Assembly (NCBI GenBank): GCA_964016885.1 | Contig: OZ024744.1 | Coordinates: forward strand, 111,476,001-111,540,000 | DNA from: Eledone cirrhosa | Taxonomy: Eukaryota | DNA length: 64,000 nucleotides | Direction of reading: 5' to 3' | Shown: positions 14,151 to 27,704 of the stretch, one piece after another | Position numbering within the stretch: position 1 is the first letter of the stretch | Layout: every line of letters begins with the position of its first letter | Notes under the pieces: generated by a model | Told to the model about the DNA's origin: nothing | The model's database searches: none | The model's input: only the letters and a program-made list of their open reading frames with translations | Made by a program: the position numbers and the translations under genes

Positions 14151-14284
14151 CAGGAGAACATGATATGAAGGCTAAAAAACACTTGTTGATAGTGCAGTTT
14201 TAAATCAACATATTAAAACCCATATGTTGATTTAAAACTGCACTATCAACAAGTGTTTTTTAGCCTTCATATCATGTTCTCCTG

Positions 14285-14351
14285 TTTTATCTGATGAAAA
14301 CACAAATATTATTGCTTGATGATGTTTGTTTTTGAAATGCGCATAATAAAA
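14285..14351 (+). ncRNA. Hammerhead ribozyme (family C)
   Basis: TTTTAT-CTGATGA-long stem II-GAAAT-GCGC-ATA-ATAAAA; palindromic stem III (ATGCGCAT). Confidence 0.85.
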
Positions 14352-14701
14352 TATATGGAACTCCTTTAACCATCTTTTGATCTTATATTATGCATACTCC
14401 AGTCCCACAAACTGTAGAGTGCTTCTTATCCGATATCTGCATTGCTTTATTGTACTACAATAAAACTCACCTCCTACATATATATATATATATATACATA
14501 CAAAAATATAAAATATAAACGCACACACACATATAAATACGTAAACACACATATACATACATAACTAAACAATTATACACATGCAAATACGTATATATCA
14601 AAAGCACGCACAACCAAATACAAACACACACACACCCACACATACATAAAAATAAATAAATACACACGCACACATATACATACATACACATACATATACA
14701 C

Positions 14702-14828
<127 letters not shown>

Positions 14829-14974
14829 CATACACGTACACATACACACATGCATACACATACACACACACATATACATGTGTGTATGTGTAAAGCTCAG
14901 TATTAGATAAGAAAAATGAACCTTACATAAACGTATATATAGTAGTAAAGTAATAAAGCCATACAAGGCAATTA

Positions 14975-15033
14975 ATCAATTCACCAGAGGTTTCTTAAAA
15001 GCAAAAAAAGTTTCCTTCAATCTTCAGAATGAA
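14975..15033 (-). ncRNA. Hammerhead motif (family A), GUG at cleavage site
   Basis: CTGAAGA...GAAAC-CTCTG-GTG; the triplet is not NUH. Confidence 0.65.
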
Positions 15034-15107
15034 AAAAGCCTGGTTTATCCACATATACATACATATACACACACAAATATACAATTATATACACACATAC
15101 ACACACG

Positions 15108-15151
<44 letters not shown>

Positions 15152-15755
15152 AATATACACATACATATATATATACACATATATATATACACACAAAAAT
15201 ACATACACATACACATAGGTATGTGAAGGGCAAAACAAAAAGAATATATGGGGGGGGGCATAAGAGAAGGTAAAATATAAGGAGAGGTAAGGGAGAAAAA
15301 ATTTTTTTAAATATACAAGAGTACAGAAGGTAGAGTCAGCAAAATAAAAACCGTAGCAAAAGTAAAGAGCAGAGAAGGAGTTCAAGGCGGTTGATTTCTC
15401 ATAGGAGTGTCAATCCAGTTACAGATCAGATGCGATTTCAGATGAGGACAGCATCTGAAGATCTCAGTCTTTGAGTTAAGGCAAGCGCTACCTTCTGTAC
15501 TCTTGTATATTTAAAAACAATTTTTCTCCCTTACCTCCCCTTATATTTTACCTTCTCTTATGCCCCCCCCCCCCCCATATATTCTTTTTGTTTTGCCCTT
15601 CACATACCTATGTGTATGTGTATGTATTTTTGTGTGTATATATATATGTGTATATATATATATATGTGTGTGTGTGTGTGCGTGTGTGTATGTGTGTATA
15701 TAATTGTATATTTGTGTGTGTATATGTATGTATATGTGGATAAACCAGGCTTTTT

Positions 15756-15813
15756 TTCATTCTGAAGATTGAAGGAAACTTTTTTTGCTTTTAAGAAACC
15801 TCTGGTGAATGGA
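15756..15813 (+). ncRNA. Hammerhead motif (family A), GUG at cleavage site
   Basis: TTCATT-CTGAAGA...GAAAC-CTCTG-GTG-AATGGA. Confidence 0.7.
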
Positions 15814-15955
15814 TTAATTGCCTTGTATGGCTTTATTACTTTACTACTATATATACGTTTATGTAAGGTTCATTTGTCTTATCTAATACTGAGCTTTACA
15901 CATACACACATGTATATGTGTGTGTGTATGTGTATGCATGTGTGTATGTGTACGT

Positions 15956-16016
<61 letters not shown>

Positions 16017-16228
16017 GTATATATGTGTATATGTATGTGTATGTATGTATATGTGTGCGTGTGTATTTATTTATTTTTATGTATGTGTGTGTGTGTGTGT
16101 TTGTGTTTGGTTGTGCGTGCTTTAGATATATACGTATTTGCATGTGTATAATTGTTTAGTTATGTATGTATATGTGTGTTTACGTATTTATATGTGTGTG
16201 TGCGTTTATATTTTTATATTTTTGTATG

Positions 16229-16265
<37 letters not shown>

Positions 16266-16651
16266 ATATAATTACATATACATGTGTGTGTTTATATTAT
16301 ATACGTGTACGTGTTTGTGTATGTATGTGTATGTACGTGTTTATGTATTTGTATATGTATATTTATGTGTGAGAGTGTGTGTATGTGTTTACTATTCCGT
16401 ACGTATGTATACGTGCATTTGTGTGTATTACTTACCACGCGTGTCTGTCCAGTTAGCTGCGTTCTGTATCGCTGTCAAAAATTTGTTAATATATATATAT
16501 TTTTTTTTTTCTTATATTTATTTGCGTGTGTGAATATGTAGTGGAGTGCATTCATGTATGTGTATGTATGTACGTTGTATGTTTGTGTGAATGTATGTAT
16601 GTGTATATATATGTGTGTGTGTATGTGTATGCTTGCACACACACATGTGTG

Positions 16652-16694
<43 letters not shown>

Positions 16695-16824
16695 GTGTGT
16701 AGGAGGTGAGTTTTATTGTAGTACAATAAAGCAATGCAGATATCGGATAAGAAGCACTCTACAATTTGTAGGACTGGAGTATACATAATATAAGATCAAA
16801 AGATGGTTAAAGGAGTTCCATGTA

Positions 16825-16891
16825 TTTTATTATGCGCATTTCAAAAACAAACATCATCATGCAATAATATTTGTGTTTTCATCAGATAAAA
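16825..16891 (-). ncRNA. Hammerhead ribozyme (family C)
   Basis: Intact CTGATGA...GAAATGCGCATA. Confidence 0.85.
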
Positions 16892-18408
16892 CAGAACATA
16901 TGAAGGCTAAAAAACACTTGTGGATAGTGCAGTTTTAAATCAACATATGAAAAGTGGTTTTAGATTGATGTGTGATATTGGGAAAAATATTTTATTTAGA
17001 GAGGGGGGGTGGAAAGGATGAAAAAGGGGAGGAGATGAGAGGGAGAGATGGGTGATAGAGAGAAAGAGATAGTTTTTATAACTGAGAGGAGATATATTGT
17101 TTTACATAGAGAGGTTGAAAACCGTTGGAAGATAATGTATAAATTAAAAAAAAATTGAAAATTAACGAAGGGAGGATATGTGCGAGGAAAAAATATTTTA
17201 TTTAGGGAGGGGGGTGGAAAGGATGAAAAAAGGGGGAGGAGATGAGAGTGAAGGTGGAGAGGGAGAGATGGGTGATAGAGAGAAAGAGATAGTTTTTATA
17301 ACTGAGAAAAAGATATATTGTTTTACATAGAGAGGTTGAGAACCGTTGGAAGATAATGTATAAATTAAAGGAATTTGAAAATTAACGAAGGGAATTTATG
17401 TATGAAGATAGAGAGAAAAAATAATAATTCTGGATGAATATTCTAACGTCAAAAAAAGTGTATGTTGATAAGTATAGTGGCAATTTCAAAAGTAACGAAG
17501 AGAAAAATTATTAAGGTTTGTGTGTAGAAGGATTTGAGAAAAATAATGTGAAGTTAAAGTTTGTATATTGAAGGAATTGATAATATATGTGAATAAAGAG
17601 TTAATATGTATTAAGAATGAGTTCGTTGATGGGGAGAAAAAAATAATAAATTAAGGATGAAATTGAGATTAAAAAGATTTATGATAGAGAGAAAAAATAA
17701 TAATGATTGCGGATGAATATTCTAACGTCAAAAAAACAAATGTATATGTTATGAAGGATTTTACAAGGTGAAGATAGAATGAGGGTAATGAGTAAACAAG
17801 TATTATAGAGTGTATAATGCCCTTTAAAGTATGGTAGGAAGATGGGTATATTTTAAAGAGGTGTATGTATATGTGCCTTTGAGAAAAGATTCTAAATTGA
17901 TAAAGAATTGAATATTAACTGTATACTTTGTGAAAAGTCCTATGGAATTTATGCAGGCAGATAGAAAACAAATCTGTACGTCTATTTATTATAGAATCTA
18001 GGTTAGAGATAATGGTAAATTTTTCATTTAGGCAGAGATTACAGATTTTAGATATATATATATATGTACATGTATATATATGTGTGTGTGTGTATGTGTG
18101 TGTGTGTGTATATGTGTGTGTGTATGTATGAATGTATGTATGTGTATATGTGTGTATATATGTGTATGTGTGTGTAGGTGTACGTTTTATATATATATAT
18201 ATATGTGTATATGTATATATGTATGCGTACATTTATATATATGTATATATGTATGTGTGTGTAAGTATGCTTTTGTGTTTTTTTGTGTGTGTGTTTGCAT
18301 GTGTAGTTTTATTTTATTTTTCCTTTCCTTCTCCCTTTTTCAGCCTCACTTTCATGTAGATTGCATTTTTGTTTTTAGAATCCATATTCAATAAACAAAC
18401 CAGGATTT

Positions 18409-18466
18409 TTCATTCTGAGGATTGAAAGCAAAACCTTTTGCTTTTAAGAAACCACTGGTAAATGGA
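18409..18466 (+). ncRNA. Hammerhead ribozyme (family A)
   Basis: TTCATT-CTGAGGA...GAAAC-CACTG-GTA-AATGGA. Confidence 0.85.
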
Positions 18467-18566
18467 ATAATTGCCTTATGTTGTTTATTACATAATAATA
18501 ATAATTAAGCTCTGTTGCCTACATAGAGCACTCTTTTTTCCTGGACTTTTCCGATGGAATTACTTC

Positions 18567-18612
<46 letters not shown>

Positions 18613-18769
18613 GGATACTATTTATAGTTATGTATATTTTAAACTATAAACAGGGAAGGTCAGTAATTTATTACTACCTTATTACCAGTAAGATAAATAG
18701 CTCAATGTAATAACATCAGTTGTTCTACAGAGCAGTTATATAGAATTCACAAGAATCAAAGCATTTATT

Positions 18770-18816
18770 CACTTACAATTGTTTCATCCAAACCTAGGCT
18801 TGGTATCTTCGGAGCA
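18770..18816 (-). ncRNA. Hammerhead ribozyme (family D) in 3' pLTR
   Basis: TGCT-CCGAAGA-TACCAAG...TTTGGAT-GAAAC-AATT-GTA-AGTG. Confidence 0.8.
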
Positions 18817-20111
18817 TTTTTCAATGTTTGTACATATAATTGACTTCCTATCCAACGCAGGAGACATACAAATAAATATATATATATATATTGATGTACA
18901 GTGGAGTGACATATATTATACTATACTATATTTGTACAGCAATTCAAATTTAAAATCAAAATCAAGATTAAAATTAAAATTAAAATACATGCAGCAGATA
19001 ACACAGATAATGCAAGAGGATAGTTTGATAATCAGATCTAGTAGATAGTGTATGCGTTAGTCACACATGGAGCATGCAAGTGTGTCTCATTTATATACGA
19101 TTATTGTGTGGCAATGTGTTACATGTAATGCAAGCACTTTAAGCGGGTAAGCAAGAGTATTATGGTGGTTGTAGTGGTAGGGTATTTTTTGTATAGATTA
19201 AAAAAGTATGTGTGCAGAAAAGGAAAAAGAAAAAGAAAAAGAAAAAGAAAAAGAAAAAGAAAAAGAAAGTTATAGTTTTCGCATCCACCACCATTTTCAC
19301 ACTCAGTAAAAGGAAGACAAGTTTTTACATCCATCACATAAGTTACGATGATTCCGTATTGAATGTTTGATGCATTAAATTATTGTAGCGTATTGAGGCT
19401 CAGTGTTATTTAATCCAAGTTTATAGAATAAGTTATTTCTGCTGCGAGAATTTACAGTGGTTTATTACCCGGCAGTAGGTGTGTAATTAAGAGGAGTTAA
19501 TGCGTAAGGGGAGGTAACTAGCTGATTCTCATAACTAAATTCATTGTTCTAACATACATTATATGGTGCCTCAATTGAGTCCCTTATATAGAAGGTTATA
19601 TATTTATATCTAATTTTCAATTTTAAATACAGTCTACTCTATCATGATGTACTAAAGGTATCTATAGGAAGTTGATTACTCTTTATTATATAGTTCTCTA
19701 ATTGAATTTCCCATACAAAGTGCTATATCTTTATATCAAAGTTCACTGTAAATACGGTCTACTCTCAAAACATATCAGAGGACCTATTAGAATTTTGTCT
19801 ACATAACCCTTGGTAAGCTGTGGAGCAGCGTACGGCTGTTTGCATGGAAAAATTAAATACATCTCTTGAGTAGACATATACATCCCTCATTTACAATGTC
19901 ATTAATCTATCCATCAAGTTATACATGCATATATAATTCATATATAATTCATTGCACCACCCTACATATAAGTTAGACAGATCCCTTATGTTAATAAATT
20001 AATCCTATATATATCTAATGTTATTACATTTAATTACAATTGCATATATAATTCATTGTTGTATCTAGTATTTAAAGTTTATATAGACTGTATTATATTT
20101 CTATCCCTATA

Positions 20112-20298
20112 CAGGGCGGTGGATTGGCAGTATCGGTAGAGAGTCGGACGCCATGCTTTCCAGCATAGTTACGTCCCTTTACGATCTGAGTTCAAATCCC
20201 GCCAAGGTTGACTTTGCCTTTCATCCTTACGGGGTCGATAAAATAAAGTACCAGTAATGCACTGGGTAATTGCTGGCCTTGTGCCTAAAGTAGAAACA
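20112..20298 (+). mobile_element. tRNA-derived SINE with Nin/Deu-type core
   Basis: A box TGGCAGTATCGG, B box GTTCAAATCC, core GCCTTTCATCCTTACGGGGTCGATAAAATAAAGTACCAG; 20-bp TSD ATTATATTTCTATCCCTATA. Confidence 0.9.
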
Positions 20299-20559
20299 AT
20301 TATATTTCTATCCCTATATAATTATAAGTAATTGAAAGTAATTATATTAAAAGTTGGTGTTTATGGGGATATTTCTAGGGCATAAAGTTATAGATAGATA
20401 GAATGATTTGTGTCGAGGGAAGGGTGGATCAGAGATTGTGGTGTAGCGGTGTAAGGCATGCCCTTGAGGTGTGGTGTTAGCAGCGGTGATGGGTTCAAGT
20501 CTGACATTGTTATATATTGGGTTTAAAGTTTTGGAAGGAGTGCCGGAAGCGGTGCTGGC

Positions 20560-22957
20560 ACGACGCAAACACTTCCGTTTTTAATTAAGGAGGTTAAGGT
20601 TCGAAAAGATTATAGTATGGGTCTCTAGAAGACAGAGGTGACAGAATTTATTAGATGGTCTGTACGATGCCGCCCTACCTATCACTCCCCATTGAAGTGT
20701 ATATGATCTATTTCTAGTTTTCAAATAGTGTATGTAGCTAGATAGTGAAGTGGAGTTGGCTAGACTGTTTTTTTAAAGAATGGAGATGTGAATTGTATCT
20801 AGTTTTGAAGCAGTTCGAAGTAGAGCCTATATAGGTTTCAGAAGAGTTGCTAGTTCTGACCGTGCATGAGTAGATGATGTCCTTGATTAAGCAGTTTTTA
20901 CCTAAAGGGCAGGTTCTATTAGATCTACAGTTACAATTATTTTGGATGTTAACCTGTCGGTTATTATGTTGTGTAGAAGTCTGGTTGTTAGGTATTGCAT
21001 TATGGCTATGGGGGTTGTCGTTCCCAATGTTATTGATTTCATTGGTGTTATTACTATTATTACTATTGATATTAGGGTTTGCAGGTATTACGTTGTTTTG
21101 AAAGTTTACCCCCTGCTGTGTTTTACTTTGTTGAAAGTAAGTATTAATCTTTCTTTCATTGCTACTAGCTATGTGGTATGCTATGTTAGGCGTGGTAGAG
21201 TAGGAGATTTTAATGGTGTTTTTATTTATAGGACTATGGTACTTGTGGCCAGATGGGAAGTTTTTATCCAGGAGTGAGAAGAAAGCCTTAGGTAGGTTGG
21301 TAGAGACGTTTAGATTGAAAGGGGGGGGGGGGAATGTATTAGTTCTTCTATTTTTTTTTATATCTGTTGAGGTGTTTTTGTTTATGGTATTTTGGTGTCT
21401 TCTCTGGTGTGAGTTACGTTTGTTGCTACCCTTCGTATTAGTGTGTGTGTGGTTATTACTCTTATTACTATTTTTCCTCATGGACATATTGTGAGAAATG
21501 ATGTTGTAACTATGTGTTTTTATAGGTAGGAACTCGATCTCATTATTACGGCCTGATCTCGCTAATGCCTGATTATAGTATTGTGAGTTTTTGCTAAATA
21601 TGGTTTCGTCATAAGATAGATGAGAGATTCTATTGTTTATTCCTTTAGAGATAGAGTTTAATATTGATCTAGGGTGGTTAGACTTGGTATCTACGTAAAT
21701 TAGTTTTTCGTTGGGTTTATGGAATGGTGTATATATTTTAGAGTCTAGGTAAAGGGTGGCATCAAGGAAGTTAACGTTTTTAGTGTTTTTGTCTATGATG
21801 ATACTTAGGTTATACTTTTTGAAAGTCTTATGCAATAGTTTCCTAGTTCTTTCTATATTAAATGTTTTATAGTCTATAAAGAGTAGTCCATCATCGCGGT
21901 ATAAACTACCGTTGAGGTATGGTAGGTCCTTATGGATTTCGTTTAGTAGGTATAGGCCCACCAAATCAGTGACCTGCGCCGAGTCACTAGATCCCATGGT
22001 TATGTCAAAGTTGTTATGCGTAGCCTTGCGGGTCCATAACTGATCTTCAAAAGTGATTACGGTTTTACGGGCCGCAAGTATGACATCAATCTGGGGTCTA
22101 GTCAGGTCACTATTGTTCATGGCCATAATTAGTGCCTTATTTAATAGGATAGGGGAAATAGAGGTGTAGTATGAATTGATATCAAACTGAACAAATTTTT
22201 TATTTTTGTTCTCTTTGATATCCTTAATCCATTCAATAACTTCACTCGTATTTCCCCACTGTTTAAGGTATATTTTGTGTTTAATCTGTGGGATGATTTT
22301 ATCTAAAATTTTCTTACTGATAATGCCAATGTCAGACTTGGAAGGGCAGATTAGTCTATTCGAAGGGTTACTAATGAAATCCTCCTTATGGTCCTTCAGA
22401 GAGAATCTAGGGGGTTGGGGTGTATGGTTGTGTATGCCTCTGAAGTCCCAGTTTGGACACTATATTACGGCCTTCCAAATTAATATCTTCTAGGTTTTTC
22501 ATAGTAGTTTTCTTGTAGCTCTTGTGTAGTTCATTATATATAAACTTTCTATATGTATCATAATCTAGGCTGTATATGCTATTAGTTTTGTCCGCATGCA
22601 CAATAATTTTACAACTTGTTTTGAATCCATTAATAGAGAAGTTAAGTTTGTTTAAGAAGGTGTTGTTTCTATTACGATGCTTGTGTATTTAATGTTCTTA
22701 ACTAGTTTTATTAGGTAATTTTCAAAGGAGTTTAGTAGTGTGTTGTGAGGGGGGCTTCTAAAAGTTTTAAAGCCGAAGGAGTCGAATTTGTTAGTATCAT
22801 CAATTTTGTTAGATCTGTTTTTATCACAATGGAATGTCCTCCATCTCACTCTATTGATAAAGGAGTTGACACTATTGATAAATAATTTTTCGTATGTATC
22901 TTTGAATGGTATTGGTATGTTCTTAGTTGACATAGGAAGTTGGTCTTTGATCAGCAT
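20560..22957 (-). pseudogene. PLE RT/GIY-YIG ORF, frameshifted
   Basis: KNIPIP...RVRWR; ADKTNSIY; MGSSDSAQVTDLVG; LYRDDGL; CNCR..CPLGKNC; IIYSC...TYIGST..FKTRY; C-terminal CxLC. Confidence 0.9.
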
Positions 22958-23042
22958 ACTGATAATTTAATGTATATTAGCTCAACAGTATGGAGCAGTA
23001 AATAATATTAAGGATACTATTTATAGTTATGTATATTTTAAA

Positions 23043-23187
23043 CTATAAACAAGGAAGGTCAGTAATTTATTACTACCTTATTACCAGTAAGATAAATAGA
23101 TCAATGTAAGAACATCAGTTGTTCTACAGAGCAGTTATATAGAATTCACAAGAATCAAAGCTATGTTCAAAGCATTTATTCACTTAC
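23043..23187 (-). other. Putative 145-nt spliceosomal intron in PLE 5' pLTR
   Basis: GTAAGT donor ... TACTGAC branch point, CTTCCTTGTTTATAG acceptor; the same signals are kept in the 3' pLTR copy. Confidence 0.6.
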
Positions 23188-23227
23188 AATTGTTTCATCC
23201 AAACCTAGGCTTGGTGTCTTCGGAGCA
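23181..23227 (-). ncRNA. Hammerhead ribozyme (family D) in 5' pLTR
   Basis: TGCT-CCGAAGA...GAAAC-AATT-GTA-AGTG. Confidence 0.8.
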
Positions 23228-23560
23228 TTTTTCAATGTTTGTACATATAATTGACTTCCTATCCAACGCAGGAGACATACAGATACATATATATATATTG
23301 ATGTACAGTGGAGTGACATATATTATACTATACTATATTTGTACAGCAATTCAAATTTAAAATCAAAATCAAAATTAAAATTAAAATACATGCGGCAGAT
23401 AACACAGATAATGTAAGAGGATAGTTTGATAATCAGATCTAGTAGACAGTGTATGTATATATATATGTCACTCCACTGTACATCAATATATATATATATA
23501 TATATCTGTATGTCTCCTGCGTTGGATAGGAAGTCAATTATATGTACAAACATTGAAAAA

Positions 23561-23607
23561 TGCGCCGAAGATTCCAAGCCTAGGTTTGGATGAAACAATT
23601 GTAAGTG
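23561..23607 (+). ncRNA. Hammerhead ribozyme (family D) in inverted pLTR
   Basis: CCGAAGA-TTCCAAG(CCTAG)GTTTGGAT-GAAAC-AATT-GTA. Confidence 0.75.
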
Positions 23608-23649
23608 AATAAATGCTTTGAACATAGCTTTGATTCTTGTGAATTCCCC

Positions 23650-23700
<51 letters not shown>

Positions 23701-23763
23701 TATACATATATATACATATATATATACGGATGTATATACATATATATATACGTATATATATAT

Positions 23764-23829
<66 letters not shown>

Positions 23830-23986
23830 ATACTTTGGGAGGGTCATGTTGCCAATAAGAAACACACGCACCAGTTGTTTCACTTCAATCTATTATATAT
23901 TTATAAATTTATAAATTTACAAATTTACAAACTCATAAATTTCTGGTTGGTTGGTTGGTTCCACAACCAGATAGTTGTTTATATAT

Positions 23987-24031
23987 AGTCATAGTCCTTT
24001 CGTCACACACTCTGTGACCTCTTCAGTGACT
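23987..24031 (-). ncRNA. Hammerhead ribozyme (family E)
   Basis: AGTCA-CTGAAGA-G-GTCACA/TGTGAC-GAAAG-GA-CTA-TGACT. Confidence 0.75.
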
Positions 24032-24258
24032 GGGGATTCCTTTCCTTTGTTTCTGTGCCTTTCCTTTCTTCTATCCTACGCCATTTTGTTTCTGTGTGTA
24101 AAACAAAATGGCGTAGGATAGAAGAAAGGAAATAAATTGAAGTGAAAGCAACTGGTGCGTGTGTTTCTTATTGGCAACATGACCCTCCCAGAGTATAACA
24201 ATATCGGTTTCAACACACGATTTCAGATAAAGAATCTTGCTAAACAAATTCAGAAACG

Positions 24259-24331
<73 letters not shown>

Positions 24332-24486
24332 AGTACAACATATTCGAAGTTCGATCAGCAGCTAAGCCAACGAATGTTTTCAACAGTACAGTCAAGCACT
24401 CGACGAGGAATAGACCTCAGAGTAATAACATACAGTTTAAAGGGCTTTGCAAATTGAAAATACCCACCGCTAATTCAGCCGCGTGA

Positions 24487-24524
<38 letters not shown>

Positions 24525-24692
24525 ATCTCTCCCTCTCATCTCCTCCGCTTTTTCATCCTTTCCACCCCCACCCCCTCTCTAAATAAAATATTTTTCCCAA
24601 TATCACACATCAATCTAAAACCACTTTTCATATGTTGATTTAAAACTGCACTATCCACAAGTGTTTTTTAGCCTTCATATCATGTTCTCCTG

Positions 24693-24759
24693 TTTTATCT
24701 GATGAAAACACAAATATTATTGCATGATGATGTTTGTTTTTGAAATGCGCATAATAAAA
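24693..24759 (+). ncRNA. Hammerhead ribozyme (family C)
   Basis: TTTTAT-CTGATGA...GAAATGCGCATA-ATAAAA. Confidence 0.85.
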
Positions 24760-24791
24760 TACATGGAACTCCTTTAACCATCTTTTGATCT

Positions 24792-24823
<32 letters not shown>

Positions 24824-25131
24824 CAAGGGCGGTGCCCCAGCATGGCCTCAGCCGGATGGCTGAAACAGGTAAAAGAGTATATATATATACTTATATATAT
24901 ATATACATACACACACACACACACACATATGTATATATGTATATGTGTGTATGTATATATATATAAGTATATATATTTCATGTATGTGTATATATATATA
25001 TATGGAAAAGTTCTATTTAAAATTGTTGGGATACAACAGGTAAATATTTTATAACTGATATAAAGCACTCAAGTTTTTGGAGTAGATATACGATATTACA
25101 TAAATGGAAACTATATTTATAAAACCATATT

Positions 25132-25196
25132 TATTTTATTATACATATTTCAGGGATACCAAATTAAAACATGGCATGCCTTCGTCAGATAAAATA
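25132..25196 (-). ncRNA. Hammerhead ribozyme (family B)
   Basis: TATTTTAT-CTGACGA-AGG..CCT-GAAAT-ATGT-ATA-ATAAAATA. Confidence 0.85.
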
Positions 25197-25229
25197 CAAT
25201 ATATAAACAGTTTTATAAATAATTTTGAC

Positions 25230-25313
25230 GTACCCTATTAGAAGCGACCATTATTTTTGGAGGCTGTCTGGACAGACAGCCTCCAAAAATAATGGTCGCT
25301 TCTAATAGGGTAC
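25230..25313. repeat. Perfect 41-bp-arm foldback
   Basis: GTACCCTATTAGAAGCGACCATTATTTTTGGAGGCTGTCTG-GA-reverse complement. Confidence 0.9.
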
Positions 25314-25341
25314 ATTCATTTTATCTAATAGGGTACATTCA

Positions 25342-25408
25342 TTTTATCTGATGAAAACACAAATATTATTGCATGATGATGTTTGTTTTTGAAATGCGCA
25401 TAATAAAA
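25342..25408 (+). ncRNA. Hammerhead ribozyme (family C)
   Basis: Same as 24693-24759. Confidence 0.85.
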
Positions 25409-25527
25409 TACATGGAACTCCTTTAACCATCTTTTGTTCTTATATATTATATATAATATATATAATATATATAAAATGGCGTAGGATAGAAGAAAGGAAA
25501 GGCACAGAAACGAAGAAAGAAATCCCC

Positions 25528-25572
25528 AGTCACTGAAGAGGTCACAGAGTGTGTGACGAAAGAACTATGACT
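25528..25572 (+). ncRNA. Hammerhead ribozyme (family E)
   Basis: AGTCA-CTGAAGA...GAAAG-AA-CTA-TGACT. Confidence 0.75.
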
Positions 25573-25723
25573 ATATATATATAAACAACTATCTGGTTGT
25601 GGAACCAACCAACCAACCAGAAATTTATAAATTTGTAAATTTATAAATATATATTAAATTAAATTGAAGTGAAAGCAACTGGTGCGTGTGTTTCTTATTG
25701 GCAACATGACCCTCCCAAAGTAT

Positions 25724-25795
<72 letters not shown>

Positions 25796-25888
25796 GAAGT
25801 AATTCCGTCGGAAAGGTCCAGGAAAAAAGAGTGCTCTATGTAGGTAACAGAGCTTAATAGTTATGTAATAAACAACATAAGGCAATTA

Positions 25889-25947
25889 TTCCATTTACCA
25901 GTGGTTTCTTAAAAGCAAAAGATTTTGCTTTCAATCCTCAGAATGAA
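25889..25947 (-). ncRNA. Hammerhead ribozyme (family A)
   Basis: CTGAGGA...GAAACCACTGGTA. Confidence 0.85.
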
Positions 25948-26092
25948 AAAATCCTGGTCTGTTTATTGAATTTGGATTTTAAAAACAAAAATGCAATCTA
26001 TATGAAAGTGAGGCTGGAGAAGGAAGAAGGAAAGGAAAAATAAAATAAAACTACACATGCAAACACACACACAAAAACACAAAAGCATACAT

Positions 26093-26131
<39 letters not shown>

Positions 26132-26938
26132 TATACATACATATACATACATATATATATACACACACATACATACACTCATACATACACGCACGCACAC
26201 ATATATGTGTATATAAATACACACAAACACCTATATACATACGCACATAAATATCAACACATTCATACATACAAATACATATATACAACCACACACACAT
26301 ATATACACACATACGTACACATAGAAACATAAATATAAATACATATACATACACACATATACATACATATATATATATAAATACACATATGTGTACAAGC
26401 ATACACATACACAAACAAAGCCATACACACATACATAAACATACATACATGCACACAATCATACATATATACACACGTACATACATACACATACATAAAT
26501 GCACTCCTCTACATATTCTCACACGCAAATAAATATAAGAAAAAATATAAATATATATATAAAAAATTTTTGACAGCGATACAGAACGCAGCTAACTGGA
26601 CAGACACGCGTGGTAAGTAATACACACAAATGCACGTATACATACGTACGAAATAGTAAACACATACACACACTCTCACACATAAATATACATATACAAA
26701 TACATAAACACATACATACACATACATGCACAAACACGCACACGTATATAATTATACACACACATATGTATATGTAATTATACACACACACATATATATA
26801 TATATATACATAAATATAAACACACACACACATATATGTATACATACACACATACATATACATACATAGCTATACAATTATACACATACAAATACGTACA
26901 TATCATAAACACGCACAACTAAATACAAACACACACAC

Positions 26939-26970
<32 letters not shown>

Positions 26971-27449
26971 GTGTAGATAAATCTACCAAGAGTTTACGGT
27001 AGTGTCCAATCCGTATGAAGAACTCAATGTAGTCCGGATATCATGGTAAGAAGAGATGCAATGAAAAATCACTTTCGGTGAAAGATAAACGGAATACAGA
27101 GTCAAGATAAAATATTAAAAAAATAATGAATAAAACAATGAAACAGTTCCTTATATTAAACAAAAAAAGTTCATTATTTAACGATCGTTTCTAGGATATA
27201 TATGTGTTAGAATTGGCATGCATATTCAACAGATCTATGTACAAAATTATACAAAATTATACAAACTATCAAGATTAAATATACATACCAAACACACATA
27301 TATGCCGTCTTCAATACACACATACACACACACATACACATATACATGTGTGTGTGTGTAAAACTCAGTCTTAGATAATTCATATGAACCTTACATATAC
27401 ATATATATAGTAGTAAAGTAATAAAGTAATAAGCAACATAAGGCAATTA

Positions 27450-27510
27450 TTCCATTTACCAGTGGTTTGTTAAAAGCAAAAAAATTTTTTCCTTCAATCT
27501 TCAGAATGAA
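27450..27510 (-). ncRNA. Hammerhead motif (family A), G12->C
   Basis: CTGAAGA...CAAACCACTGGTA; the catalytic G is lost. Confidence 0.6.
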
Positions 27511-27549
27511 AAAAACCTGTTTTATCTACATATACATACATATACACAC

Positions 27550-27624
<75 letters not shown>

Positions 27625-27627
27625 TAT

Positions 27628-27704
<77 letters not shown>

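Larger units (their letters stand above)
18605..23646 (-). mobile_element. Full-architecture Penelope-like element: inverted partial pLTR + 5' pLTR + ORF + 3' pLTR
   Basis: Direct repeats at ~23004-23455 and ~18605-19050; inverted piece at ~23462-23646; frameshifted ORF between them. Confidence 0.9.

Noticed and set aside
20114-20200. Possible tRNA gene
   Set aside because: A/B boxes belong to a SINE head with core domain and TSD; no cloverleaf.
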